From Vicugna vicugna (lineage: Eukaryota): a stretch of DNA of 64,000 bases. The translations under genes and the position numbers were made by a program. Below, one piece after another: positions 52,401-63,530 of this stretch. Each line of letters opens with the position of its first letter. The first letter of the stretch is position 1. Below the pieces are notes generated by a model. The model made no database searches and was not told the DNA's origin. It worked only from the letters and a program-made list of their open reading frames with translations. The stretch is from positions 2,058,419 through 2,122,418 of the forward strand of contig MU058198.1 in assembly GCA_013265495.1 (NCBI GenBank). The letters are read 5' to 3'.

Positions 52401-55400
52401 GGGAATGGAAATTAATGAGCTCTCTTATGATGGAGGGAAATGGGGACCTCAAATCTATTGGATCCTTTACCTCTATAGTAGAGTACCTAGCCTGAAGCCT
52501 GATCTGCATTATGGACCCTTAAGAATCTGAAGTGTCACTGTTTATATATGGCTCATGTTGAACAAGATACTCGTACGTCATCTGTTAGAAACATGGCTCT
52601 GGATAGCTTACCGTAGCCTTAATCTCCTCACCCAGGTCCGTGCCTTCCTCTGGCCCTCTCTGAGACTCTTTGGCCTTCACAAACAAACACTTGCAAAGTT
52701 ATGCAAGCTCTGAATGTGACTTTTAAGATATGAGGAGCCAGTAGCATCACTTCAGACCCATTTTCTAGCTGCCTCTGCCTCACTCTGCCATACAAATGCC
52801 ACCATCGTACAATATTGTATATTTCTACACAATCCCACCTGAAAGTTTCTCCAGGATTTCCCTGAAACAGGAAAACGTAGGATTCATGGACCTGTCCTCT
52901 GTACCTTATTTTCATTCTTTTCTTACTTAGGAGAAGGGGGAGGGCAGGCTGCTTTCCTACTTGTCTTCCTGTCTAGAAAAGGGCGTCCTTTCCAAAATGA
53001 CATTTACATTTTGGAATTCTTGGGTCACAAAATAAGATAAGGATAAATGGGCCATAAATTGAGGAGTATTTCAGATTTTTACATCCTTTACACTATCAAA
53101 TAATTTCACCTTTTCTGCTAAGTGAAAAAAATCGCATCTAAATATATTTTAATTTGGGGGAAGAAGAGGAATTCTGCCTTGTACATAAAAGGATTTCAAT
53201 CCTCTAAGTGTCGTAGGTAGTGTAAATAATTATCCTTAGGCTGTGACTCATTTTAATTTGTGTTTATGGTATCTTTTTTCCAAAAATGTTTAGTTTAATG
53301 GTCTTCTAAAGGAATCCATCCATACCCAGAGTCATAAAAATAATAATTCTATATTTTCTTTAATATTTTTAAATTTTTACATCTGACTAGCAATAAGCAT
53401 AGAGTTGATATATCTATTTGTTATGAGGTGAGAACTTAATTTTATTTTTCACATGAAAATAAAGCTATTAGAATCATTTATTGGATAGTTTGTTGTTCTG
53501 TACTGCTTTCTCATTCCACCTTTGTTTTACATCATGTCTCCATTTGTGCATGGATCTTTTTGGTTATCTTTTTCATTCTGTTGATCTTTTTTAGTCTCTT
53601 TTGTGTTGATACCACAATGGTTTTACTTGCTATAGCTTTATAATGAGTCTTAATATCTGTTAGACCTGTCCCCATACCTTGTAATTCTTCAGTTGTTTGT
53701 ACCACCTTGTTTTCCACTGGAACTTTAGGGTCACTTTGTCAAATTCTATGAAAAATCTTGTTGGGATTTATTGGGAATTTCATTGCATTTATTGGTTAAT
53801 GAAGAGGGTTTAAGATACTAAATTTTCTCATCTATGAACAAAAATCTCCCAGTGAATATCCAGTCATGCATATGATTTCTTTATGGATACTTTCATCATT
53901 CTTACTTTATACATGAAACATTCAAAAATTTAATAGACTTGATCTAGAGGTGGGATTTCCATTGGCTTAATATGCAACAGGAGGTACACTTTTAGTTCTC
54001 TGAGTTATTTTTGTCAGGTTATTTTATTATTCAGTTATTATTTCTTTTCTATATTATTTATTTTGTTTTGAAGGGACTCCTATTTTATTTTGAGATGCAG
54101 AATTTCTCAAGTTATGGTACACTTCCTGATTTTTGTGTTCTATATTCTCTTTTTCCATGGTTTCTAATTTGCTATTCATGGCCTCTCAAAATGACTTTCA
54201 TTTTGATACTTATCTCTAATTCCACTGAACACTTTTTTCTCAAACAATTACCTTTTCTTACAGCTTTCTCAAAGACACAGTGTTCATGAATATTTTTCTC
54301 GTAGTACTGATCTATAGGAGAGGAAGGGCTAAAATTGAAGAAAGGTTGGGTTTCATGGGCCATTGTTGTCTTCATGTCTTTCCTCTTTGAATTAGGAGTT
54401 CACTGGATGCCCTAATGCTTTTTCAGTTCTGCTACACTCTGTCCAGAAATAGAGAAAGTACAGGAACAAAGGATTACGTGTATTATTTTGGTGAGATTTT
54501 TTTTCCCTTTCCATCAGTACTATGAGCAAAACTTCTTTTTCTCTTTCACTTGGTGGTCACCATCCTTCTCTAGTGCTGTTAAATAGTTTTCCAAATGTGT
54601 ATATCCTAACGGTTATTTCAGTAGGAATTTAGCATGATGGGAAAGGTAGACGGATAGCTTCTAATGGGTCTGTTTTTTTCTTAGCTCTTTTGTTACCGTT
54701 TATTTTTGTTTCAGCCATTGACCTTGTCTCAGTCATCCCTATTTATGTTGGTAGGTTTTGAAGGGAGGAGGGAGGATATCAATGTTATTATATATTCCAT
54801 CACTTTCTTGGATGACCTAAGGGTCTCAATATATAGATAATTGACAGTGGCAAAATTTAGGGTATCAACTTTTTTCTTTGCTGTTTCAATCACAGAGCTG
54901 TCATCTATGGTATATATCTTCTTTCTATTTCAGGAATTGGTGTTAAGTGGAATAACCTTTGGACACCAGCCAGCCTTGACGATAATCTCGTCCTGGGCCA
55001 TATGTCAGGAATGCTTTTACTTGATGCCTTCTTGTATGGCCTTGTGACCTGGTATATAGAAAACGTCTTTCCAGGGCAGTATGGCGTGCCCAAGCCATGG
55101 TACTTTTTTCTTATGGTGAGTTCTAATGCTGCTGTTATTATGAAAGACCATAGTCCTTATGAGCCTATTTCATGATGTTTATAATCAAATCAAAAGGGCA
55201 TGTGCAGAATCATTTTCATTTGCATACCATCCATATGAAATGTTATAGCCATTTATTGATATCCCTTAAGCCTTCCACAGATGCAGAGTTTTTCTTCTAA
55301 ACCTTGGAAATTCAAATCATACAGAATTCTGCTGCAATATATAACCCCTAAAAGTATGCCACAGCTTTCTGTATCTCAGAAAGTAAACCAGGCCAAAGTG

Positions 55401-58183
55401 TTTTTAATTCTTAAAGTGCCTCACTTTTTCATGTTTCAATTTTCAATTCAGATGAAATTCATATAACTTAAAACTAACCATTTTAAAGTGAACAAACCAG
55501 TGGCATTTGTACATTTATAATATACATGCACATATCTACTTTCAAAATGTTTTCATCACTCAAAAAGAAAATTATGTACCCATTGAGAAGTCACATCCCA
55601 TTTTCCCCTATCACAAGCCCCTAGCAACCACTGACCAGCTTCCTTTTCAGATTTACCTTTCCTGGTTATTTCTTATAAATAGAATCATACAATATGTAAT
55701 CATTTGTGTGTGGCTTCTTTCATTTACCATAATGTTTTTGAGGTTTATCCATGTTATAGTATGTATCAGTACTTCATTCTTTTTGATTGTAGAATAATAT
55801 TCCAGTGTATGTATAAAGAGCAGTTCTTTTATCTGTTAGCCCATAGTTGGATATATAGGACATCTTTGGGGTATTGAGTAGTGCTGCTGTTAATATTTGT
55901 GTATAAATGTTTGTTTGAATACTTGTTTCAATTTTGGAGGGACTGTGTATCTAGGAGTGGAATTTGTGACTATACCTTGGGGTGGTAATTCTGTGTTTAA
56001 TGTTTTCAGGATCATCAAACTGTTTCTTTTTCTTTTATTATACCCTTGTGGGTATAAGATGGTATCTTGTTGTTTTGATTTGCATTTACCTAGTGAATAA
56101 TCATGCTGATATATTTTCACGTGCTTGCTGGCCATTTGTATATATTATTGTAGAAATGTCTGTTCAAGTCCTGTGCCTATTTTTAAATTGGATTGTTTGT
56201 CTTTTTACATATTTCAGACACTGGACCCTTATCAGATATATGATTTGCAAATATTCAAATATTTTCTTCCATTTTGTGGGTTGTCTTTTCACTCTTTTTT
56301 TTTTAAAGGACATTGTTCACTGTCTTGATAGTGTCCTTTCATGCATAAAATTTTAATTTTGATGAAAGCTAGTTTATCCTAATAAATGTATGTAATGCAT
56401 GACTGGGACATTGTGCTGTACACCAGAAACTGGCAGGTTGAATTGACTATACCTCAACTAAAAAAAACCAGGTTGATTAATTTTTCTTTTGTTGGTTGTG
56501 AAATTGGTGTCATATCTAGGTGACCATTGTCAAATAAAAAGTCATGAATATTTACCCCTATGTTTTCTTCTAAGAGTTCTGTTTTCTCTCTTAAATTTAG
56601 ATCACTGAACAATATTTATTTTGTTTTTATACAGTGTGAGGTGGGGATCCAGCTTCAGTCTTTTGCAGGTGGATATCCTGTTGTCCCAGCAACAGTCTCT
56701 GAAAAGACTATTCTTTCCCCATTGAATGGTCTTAGCACATTTGATATAAATCAGTTGGGCATAGATGTATGCATTTATTTCTAGACCCTTAATTTTATTC
56801 CATTAACCTACATGTCTATCCTTATACTAATACCACACTGGTTTGATTCTTGTAGTTTTATAGTAAAGTTTGAAATCTGAAAGTCTCAGTATTCCAGCTT
56901 TGTTCTTTTTCAAGATTGTTTTAGCTACCAGGGGCCTCTTGCAGTTCCATATGAACTTGAGGATCAGCTTTTCTATTTCTGCAGAAATGTCATTTGAATT
57001 TTTATAGAGATTACATTGAATCTGTTCATTTTTGAACTAATATTTCCATATTAAAATACTGTCTGTCTTTAAGTTCATGTATTTTCTATTTATATGTCTT
57101 ATTTAAATTATTTCAACAAAGTTTTATAGTTTTCAGTGTGCAAGTCTTTCACCTCTTTGGTTGCTCCTGTATCTTGCATCTTTGCTGAATTTGTTCATTA
57201 TCTCTTCTAGTATGTGGGGGAGGGCATTCTTTGGGCTTTTCTTAATAAGTAGGATCTTGTCATCTTCAAACATAGATAGTTTTACTTCTTGCTTTCCAAT
57301 TTGGATGCCTTTTATTTCTTTTTCCTACCTCATTGTTCTGGCTGAAACTCCCAGTACAGTAATGAGTAGCAAGGGTGAAAGCAGGCATCCTTGTCTTATT
57401 CCTGATATTAGAGGAAAAGCCTTCAGTATTTCACCATTGAGTATGATGTTAGCTGTGGGTTTCTTCATGAATGCCGCTTATCATTTTGATAAAGTTCTCT
57501 TCTTTACCTTTAACACACTTTGTCAGAGGCTTTATTTGCATCAGTTGAGCTGATCATGTGTGTTATTTTCCATGGTTCTATTAATGTGATGTGTTACAGT
57601 GATTGACTTTCATATGTTGAACCACTCCTCCATTCCTGGGGTAAATCATACTTTATCATAGTCTATAATGCTTTTGATATGCTATTGGATTCAGTTTACC
57701 GGTATTTTATTGAAGATTTTTACATTTATATTCATAAGAGATACTGATCTGTAGTTTTTTTGTGATCTCTTTGACTTTGGTGTCAGGGTAATGGTGAGAT
57801 CATTGAATGAATTAGGAAATGTTACCTCCTCTTGTACTTTTTGGAAGACTTGTAGAAAGATTGTTGTTAATTCTTATTTAAATGTTTGGTAGAATTCATA
57901 TAGTGAACTCTTCTGGTTCTGGACTTTTCTTTGTAGGGAAGTCTTCATCACTGACTCAGTTGCCTTACTTGTTATAAGTCTGTTTAGATGGAGTGCTTCA
58001 TTTCTTATGCTCATTTTGGTAATTATCTTTTGGCTTTCTTTGTAGCGCTCATACTGGTTTGGCCAACCAAGAATCAAAAGAAACAAAGGAGAAGTGAAAG
58101 ACTGTGAAGTAACTCAAAACAAGTATTTTGAACCTGAACCTACCACTTTGGTGGCAGGTATCCAGATCAAGAATTTGTACAAG
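22414..58183 (+). CDS. ABCA3-like ABC transporter gene 2 (ABCA14/15/16-type), 5' part: join(22414..22473,22812..23064,28112..28239,35798..35939,39560..39819,41553..41669,42411..42528,51433..51606,54934..55115,58046..58183), continuing beyond the window
   Basis: Ten exons splice into a 1572-nt open frame (524 aa) collinear with the ABCA3 N-half: [62 protein letters not shown]. All phases are consistent. Confidence 0.93.
22812..23064 (+). CDS. Gene 2 coding exon 2 (253 nt): TM1 and start of ECD1
   Basis: ctcttttag| acceptor and g|gttaga donor; [25 protein letters not shown]...WKLIYVPSN...LNISIK. Confidence 0.92.
23866..25142 (+). mobile_element. Young 5'-truncated L1 (ORF2 C-terminus and 3' UTR)
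   Basis: [32 protein letters not shown]...[10 protein letters not shown]; 18-bp TSD aagatttctt(a/g)ttttcct at 23848-23865 and 25143-25160. Confidence 0.93.
25790..25870. repeat. (CATA/CA/TA)n compound microsatellite
   Basis: Directly visible. Confidence 0.8.
25960..26970 (-). mobile_element. Nested older L1 3' fragments
   Basis: Reverse-complement L1 3' UTR and ORF2-end motifs (gatggacatttaggttgtttcca, gtgaaatggtgtctcattgtg). Confidence 0.75.
27040..27685 (-). mobile_element. Young 5'-truncated L1, same family as 23866-25142
   Basis: Reverse complement closely matches 24460-25130; TSD aa(c/t)acctaaaattgtttt at 27022-27039 and 27686-27703. Confidence 0.92.
27686..28175 (+). repeat. 245-bp direct tandem duplication (27686-27930 / 27931-28175) covering the intron end and first half of exon 3
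   Basis: Manual alignment gives 4 substitutions in 245 bp, all in the intronic part. Confidence 0.95.
28112..28239 (+). CDS. Gene 2 coding exon 3 (128 nt): [43 protein letters not shown]
   Basis: tctctctacag| acceptor and cag|gtgaga donor; the acceptor and first half of the exon are duplicated 245 bp upstream. Confidence 0.9.
28325..28455 (-). mobile_element. MIR fragment
   Basis: ttttataagtgaagaaact...cccaagatca...agtccagatctgagtaact core, degenerate. Confidence 0.5.
30340..31380 (+). mobile_element. Old L1 ORF2 fragment followed by an L1 5' UTR-like segment (30836-31380)
   Basis: aagaataacaaagttggaagac..., gacttctggtctgggcaagatgg start motif. Confidence 0.6.
31382..33372 (+). mobile_element. 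Tigger1 (TcMar/pogo) DNA transposon, left end missing, transposase disrupted
   Basis: [18 protein letters not shown]..., [43 protein letters not shown]; right terminus caatatctctaggtctgccta|ta. Confidence 0.92.
33375..34360 (+). mobile_element. Old L1 (L1M-type) 3' region resuming after Tigger1
   Basis: cctacagctcaatagtaaaaagacaa, cacctaccctatgatcc, gcagctttattcataat. Confidence 0.7.
35798..35939 (+). CDS. Gene 2 coding exon 4 (142 nt): [47 protein letters not shown]
   Basis: cttctag| acceptor and g|gtgagc donor. Confidence 0.92.
37230..38960 (+). mobile_element. L1 ORF2 3' half and 3' UTR
   Basis: Homologous to 830-1430 and 23870-24800; A-rich tail near 38940. Confidence 0.9.
39560..39819 (+). 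CDS. Gene 2 coding exon 5 (260 nt): [19 protein letters not shown]...RFPYPAY...EKENRLK
   Basis: atatag| acceptor and aag|gtaatc donor. Confidence 0.95.
39990..41170 (+). mobile_element. Old L1 5' UTR/ORF1 remnant interrupted by an LTR fragment
   Basis: caaaccacagatcaaagaagctcagagacc and other ORF1-like motifs. Confidence 0.65.
40420..40619 (-). mobile_element. MER68-like LTR 5' fragment
   Basis: Reverse complement begins gtgcagaaaagagttaaca...tttggctggtat, matching the start of the LTR at 43267. Confidence 0.7.
41310..41495 (+). mobile_element. MIR
   Basis: tctcagccttgatttttcactttcataaaatagagatgata core. Confidence 0.55.
41553..41669 (+). CDS. Gene 2 coding exon 6 (117 nt): [39 protein letters not shown], with GC donor
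   Basis: ttcttacag| acceptor and aag|GCaagt donor; length and phase match the homologous ABCA3 exon. Confidence 0.87.
41686..42080. mobile_element. hAT-Charlie (MER33/Charlie1-like) non-autonomous transposon
   Basis: tgtccaactgaaatataa...tttaacccaatata...acagcacatctcaa...tagctacatttcaag...agccacatgtgg. Confidence 0.75.
42411..42528 (+). CDS. Gene 2 coding exon 7 (118 nt): [39 protein letters not shown]
   Basis: tattgtag| acceptor and g|gtgagt donor. Confidence 0.92.
43267..43826 (+). mobile_element. Solo LTR, MER68-like (ERVL)
   Basis: TG start tgtgcagaaaagaattaacat...aggttggcctttggctgg; about 560 bp ending gtggtcttgaggacctcaaca. Confidence 0.8.
43950..46170 (+). mobile_element. Old L1 5' UTR (degenerate monomers gtgtcag...gagct...acttcca) and ORF1
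   Basis: Repeated degenerate units at 44540-44950, then A-rich ORF1-like sequence. Confidence 0.65.
46460..47660 (+). mobile_element. L1 (L1MA9-like) 3' portion
   Basis: ORF2-end and 3' UTR motifs. Confidence 0.8.
48788..50825 (-). mobile_element. Internally deleted L1 (5' UTR and ORF1 start joined to an ORF2 piece) containing a young L1 3' end at about 49340-49540
   Basis: Minus-strand start ggagatcaagatggtggagtaagagg; ORF2 [12 protein letters not shown]...[11 protein letters not shown]; imperfect TSD tca(g/a)ttatctatt around the inner insertion. Confidence 0.8.
51433..51606 (+). CDS. Gene 2 coding exon 8 (174 nt): [20 protein letters not shown]...[21 protein letters not shown]
   Basis: tatttgcag| acceptor and a|gtaaga donor. 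Confidence 0.92.
54934..55115 (+). CDS. Gene 2 coding exon 9 (182 nt): [12 protein letters not shown]...[33 protein letters not shown]
   Basis: ctatttcag| acceptor and atg|gtgagt donor. Confidence 0.94.
55430..57990 (-). mobile_element. Old L1 (L1MB-like) 3' UTR and ORF2
   Basis: Reverse-complement ORF2 motifs (aagggtgaaagcaggcatccttgtcttattcctgat). Confidence 0.82.
58046..58183 (+). CDS. Gene 2 coding exon 10 (138 nt): [11 protein letters not shown]...[20 protein letters not shown]
   Basis: ctttgtag| acceptor and aag|gtattg donor; linker leading into NBD1. Confidence 0.92.
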
Positions 58184-58585
58184 GTATTGTTTCAAAGATC
58201 TCTTTTTCCTACAATGACTGAAAGCCATATACTGGCATTAGAATTGTTTGCAACTAGACATTCCAAGAAAACAAATGAGATCCTTAACAAAGAATCATAA
58301 TTAATAAAGTCCTAATTTGAGGCATTCATAGAATGTATAAATATAGATATAGCTTTACAAATACGATTTTATTTGCTCTCTCCTTTATGCTTGCTTTGAA
58401 TTTCCTCTGATGGGCTTGCAACAAGTGGTATATGAATTTTGTACTTAAACCCTGTGAAGAAAATAAACTTGATGATGCAATAGTAACATCTGGGCATGTG
58501 GTTGGGAAGGATAACACTAAACGTAGTTAAAGGAAAACCTCTCTGAAGGGATGTCCTTTGAACTGAGACCTAAAGAATGAGAAGA

Positions 58586-58703
58586 AGAGAATGTGACAAT
58601 GAATGTAGGTACGTTCATGTATAACTGAAAAATTGTGCTCTACACTGGAATTTGACACAACATTGTAAAATGTCTATAACTCAATAAAAAATGTTTATAA
58701 TGT
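58586..58703 (+). mobile_element. Very short (118 bp) young L1 3' end inserted into an L2 remnant
   Basis: Perfect 15-bp TSD taaagaatgagaaga at 58571-58585 and 58704-58718; matches 25030-25135. Confidence 0.9.
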
Positions 58704-60289
58704 TAAAGAATGAGAAGAGCCAATTGTTTGAAAAAACTTAGAGAAAAACACAACAAGTTTGAAAACCCTGAGGTGAGAAAGACCTTCATGTGTTTGAGGA
58801 ACAGAGGGAAGACCAGTATATTTGGAGGCCAAAAAAATGATAGTAAATGGCTTCACTGGGAAGCTACTGATTGGTTCAAAGCACTGGAGGAATATATGTT
58901 TTTTTTAAAGATCATTTTGGCTACAATGTGGAAAACAGGGTATTGGAAAGTGAAGAGTAGAGAAGGAGAAATGTAGAAAAAGGCAAAAGAAATAATTCTT
59001 AACTTTCTTCAAGAAATAATGATAATTAGACCAAGGTTGTGGCAGTATATATGAAGAGAAATGGATGAATCCAAGACATTTTCAACAGAACTGAAAATAC
59101 TAGGAAACTGGGGACATTGAAGGAAAAGAAGGAAACTAGAATGGTTCTTAGATGACAAACTAGAGCAGCTGAATGTTAAATAATACAAACTCTTTCTATT
59201 CTTACCAAGTTTTACTAAATTTTCTTACATAAATTATTCATTTGCTGTATTCTCTTAGGTCGGTTTCTGGAGACATTAAGTGGTTGTCTTTGTTTTGTTT
59301 TTCAATTTTGACCAGATTTTCGTGTTTCACTGGGGAGTGGGTCTGTGGAGCTCTTATTTCTCAGAAGTGGAACTCTCTATTAACTATTTTAATGGATTCA
59401 GTTTCTTAAATTTTATTTAGAATGTTTTTATTTAGGTTTATGATGGATATTAGTCTATTTTCATTTCTTGTAAGATGTTTCTCTAGTTTTGATATCTGGA
59501 TAATGCTAGCCTCAGAGTGAGTGGAAAGTATTTCCCCTTTTCACTTTTCCAGAAGTGCTTTTATATAATTTGTATTACTTCTTTTTCAATTACTCGGTGG
59601 ATTTTTCAGACATCTTTTTGTTACTAATTTCTAATTTAACTCTGCTTATGGTCAAAGAAAGACACTCTGTATGACTTGAATTCTTTTAAATTTATTGATT
59701 CTGGTTTTAGGACTCAGACTATGGTCTATCTAGATAACTGTTATAAGTATTTGAAATTAGTGTATAATTTGCTACTGTTTAATGGAGTCATAAAAAAAAT
59801 GTCAGTTAAGTCAAGTTAGTTGTTAGCTCTTCAAATATTCTATATGTCCTTACTGATTCTACCTATTCTAACAATTATTGAGAGAAAAGTATTGAAGTCT
59901 TTCAAAAATAAATGCATTTTTCTGTTGCTCTTTGTAGTTCTGTTATTTGTTGCCTCATATATTTTGAACTGTTATTGGGTACATAAACATTTAAGAATAT
60001 TATGTCTTCCTGAAAAGTTGATCTCTTTATGATTACAAAATGATATTCTTTGTTCTGGCAATATTCTTCATTCTTAAACCTACTTTGACTAATGTTAATA
60101 CAGCCACATCACTTACCTTTTTTTTTATTGTTATCTGATTCCATTTTATTGTAATAACACTAAGACTTACAAGTTATCAGTTTTGTTCCAATGCAAGTTC
60201 AAACACTTTTTGAATGTTTGCATAATTTATCATTTTGGGGAAAAAAAAACTAGGCAATATCCATGTGTTTCTTTAAACCACTCTTTTGG

Positions 60290-62940
60290 GGTTTGATTAA
60301 AATACAAAATTAAAATACAAAAAGCTATATATTTTTAATGCATATAATTTGGTATGTCTATGTCGTCTATGCTGTAACATATTCATCACCTTGAAACATT
60401 TCCTCCTGCCCTTTTTTATTTATTATTAATATTTGTGTGTGTGATAAGCACATTTAATATAAAATCAACCATCTTAGCCAAATTTAGCACACAGGACAGT
60501 ATTATTAACTATGGACAGGATTTGTACAGTAGATATTTAGGACTTATCTTGGGTAACTGAAACTCTATAGCCTTTAATTAATACTTCTTATATTCCCCTC
60601 CTCCTAGCCACTGGTTACCACATCCGCTTTCTGCTTATATGAATTTGACTAGTTTAGACTCCTTATGTTAGTAATATCAGGCAGTGTTTGTCTTGTGTCT
60701 GGCTTATTTCAGTTAGCATAATGTCCTCATTTTGTCACAAGTGGCAGGATTTTTTTTTCTTTTCTTAGGCTAATAGTTCAATGTACTTATATACCACATT
60801 TCTTTATCCTTACATCCATGGCTGGACTTTTGGTTTGCTTCCATTACTTGGCTATTGTGAATAGTGTTGCAGTAAACATGGGTGTGTTGATATTATTGAG
60901 ACAATGCTTTTATTTCATTTGGATATTGATGCAGAAGTGGAGTACTGGATCATATGGTAGTTCTAGTTTTAATTTTTTGAGAAATATCCATACTATTTTC
61001 CATAATGACTTTACCAATTTATATTTTCTCCAACAATGCATAAGGGTTCCCTTTTTATGTATCCTCACTAACACTTCTTATCTTTAGACTGTTCAACAAT
61101 AATGATAATTTTTCATCATAATAATAGCCATCTAACAGGTGTGAGGTAATATTTCATGGTGTTTATTTGCATTTCTGTGATGATTAGTGATTTTGAGCAT
61201 CTTTTCATATACCTATATGTTTTCTTCAGAGAAATATCTGTTCATTTCTTTTGCCTGTTTTTCAGTTGTTACTTGTTTTCTTGCTATTAAGTGGTAGGAA
61301 TCCTTGCGTATTTTAGATGTAAACTCATGAGATATGCAGCCTGCAAAATTTTTCTCCTTTTTTACAAAATGCCTCTTCATTGTGTTGATTAGTTCCTTCG
61401 ATGTGCAGCAACTTTTTGGTTTGATGTAATTCCACTTGTCTATTTTTGCTTCTGTTGCCTATGATTTTGGTGTCATATCCATGAAATTATTACCAGGACA
61501 AAGGTCAAGAGGTTTTGCTGATGTTTTCTTCTAGAGTTTTCTAGTTTCTGGTGTTACATTTAAGTCTGTAATCCATTTTGAGTGAATTTTTGTGTATGGT
61601 GTAAAATTAGGGCCCAATTTCATTGTTTTGCAAGTAGATAACCAGTTTTCCCAGTACCATTTGTTGGAAAGACTGTCCTTTATCCATTGTATATTCTTGG
61701 CATCCTTGTTAAAGATCTGTTCACCATATATACTTGAGTTTATTTCTGGGTTCTCTGTTCTGTTCCATTGGTATATGCCTGCTTTTATACCAACACCATG
61801 TTGGTTTCATCACTGTAGCTATGTAATATATTTTGAAGCCAAAGGGTGTGATGCTTCCAGCTTTGTCTTTCTTGCTTAAAACTGCTTTGGCTATTCAGAG
61901 TCTTTTGTGATACCACATAAATTTTAAGATTGCTTTTTCTATTTTTGTAAAAAATGCCAGTGGGATTTTGAAAGGCAGTGTATTAAATCAGTAGACCATT
62001 TGGGTAGTATGGACATTTTAACAATACTAATACCCCCATCAATTAACACAGGTTGTCTTTCTACTTATTTGCATCTGCTTTAATTTTTTACTCAGTATAT
62101 CATGGCTTTTAGTATACAAGTTTTAAAGTTTCTTGGTTAAGTTTATTCCTAACTACTTTATTGTTTTTGATGCTGTGTTTTCTTACTCTCCTTTTTCAGA
62201 TAGTTCATTTTTTGTATATAGAAATATAATGATTTTTGTATGTTGATTTTGCATCCTACAACTTTGATGAATTCACATATTTCTAACAGAAGTAAGTGTG
62301 TGTGTGTGTGTCTATGTGTGTGTGTGTGGAGCCTTTAGGATTTCCTAAATCTAAGATTATGTCACCAGCAATAAAAATTACTTTACTTCTTACTTTCTGA
62401 TTTGATGCTGTTTAATTCTTGTCCTTGTCTAATCTATAATCAGGATTCCCAGTACTATGTAGAATAGAAGGGACAAAAGTGGATATTCTTGCCTTATTAC
62501 AGATCTTAGAGGAAAAGCTTTCAGTTTTTCACCATTGAAAATGTTTACTATGGCCTTTTTATGTAGGGCCTTTATTGTTTTGAGTTACTTCTATACCCAA
62601 TTTGTTGAGAATTTTTATCATGAAAGGATGTTCCCTCTTGTCAAATGTGTTTTCTATAAATCCTAAGGTGATTGTGTGATTTTTTTCCTTTATTTATAGT
62701 AATGTGGTATATCATGTTGAATGATTTGCTTATGTTGAACCATCCTTGAATCCCAGGGATAAATCACATTAGCCATTGTATATGATCCTTTTAGTGTGCT
62801 GGTAAATTCAGTTACCTAATTTTCTTGAGGATTTTTGCATCTACATTCATCGGGGATATTGGCCTGTACTTTTCTTGAGATGCCTGACTTTGGTATTAAG
62901 GTAACGGTGGCCTCATTAATTGAATTTGGAAGAGTTCCAC
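60290..62940 (-). mobile_element. Old L1 3' UTR and ORF2 with internal (TG)n at 62296-62328
   Basis: Reverse-complement ORF2 motifs. Confidence 0.82.
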
Positions 62941-62944
62941 TGTA

Positions 62945-63530
62945 TTGTGTTAGTCTCGGCCTATTGCTAGTGATGCTATCAGCTAAGAATGTTTGGGGGC
63001 GCTACCTGAGCCCATACTACATGTGGTGAGCCCTGACAGATGCTTCTCCAAATGGAGTCAGTGTTGTGGCTGGACCTCCCTTGTGGTTCTTATTAAATCA
63101 TAATAAGACACCTCAGCAGTAACCATCAGGAGACTTTGAAGAAACAGTGTTTATTACTCACAGTCCTGGAGAGTACATAGCACACCTGGGGTCACACAGT
63201 GATCGTGGGTAGAGGAGAGAGCAGGGACCAGGAGTTCTTCCTTTATTGGGGCTGAGGATGGGGTGTCTAGAGTTTGATGGGCTCACTCTTTATTGGTGAA
63301 TTCAAAATATAACAGCAGAAATTAATATGTAAAAGTGTAGGAAGGGAAACACAGGGTCATTCAAATGGTCAGTTAGGTCACTAAGACTTTCTAATAATGG
63401 AACTTCATGTGTGGGGTGGCCTGGCTGTTAATCTAGTTGTGTAATTGGCAGTATGTTTGTTCGAGATGGATGTCTTTGAAATGGGTGCCTCAAGAATCAA
63501 AAGCTTAATTCTTGAGAGTCTGTACATTTA
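62945..63530 (-). mobile_element. LTR, MER76-like (family tentative)
   Basis: GC-richer block interrupting L1; gtttattactcacag (reverse polyA region), gagatggatgtctttgaaatgg...atcaaaagcttaa. Confidence 0.5.

Noticed and set aside
5202..58183. Specific symbols such as ABCA3, ABCA15 or ABCA16
   Set aside because: Both genes are too divergent from recalled ABCA3 to be the orthologue; paralogue identity needs phylogeny and synteny
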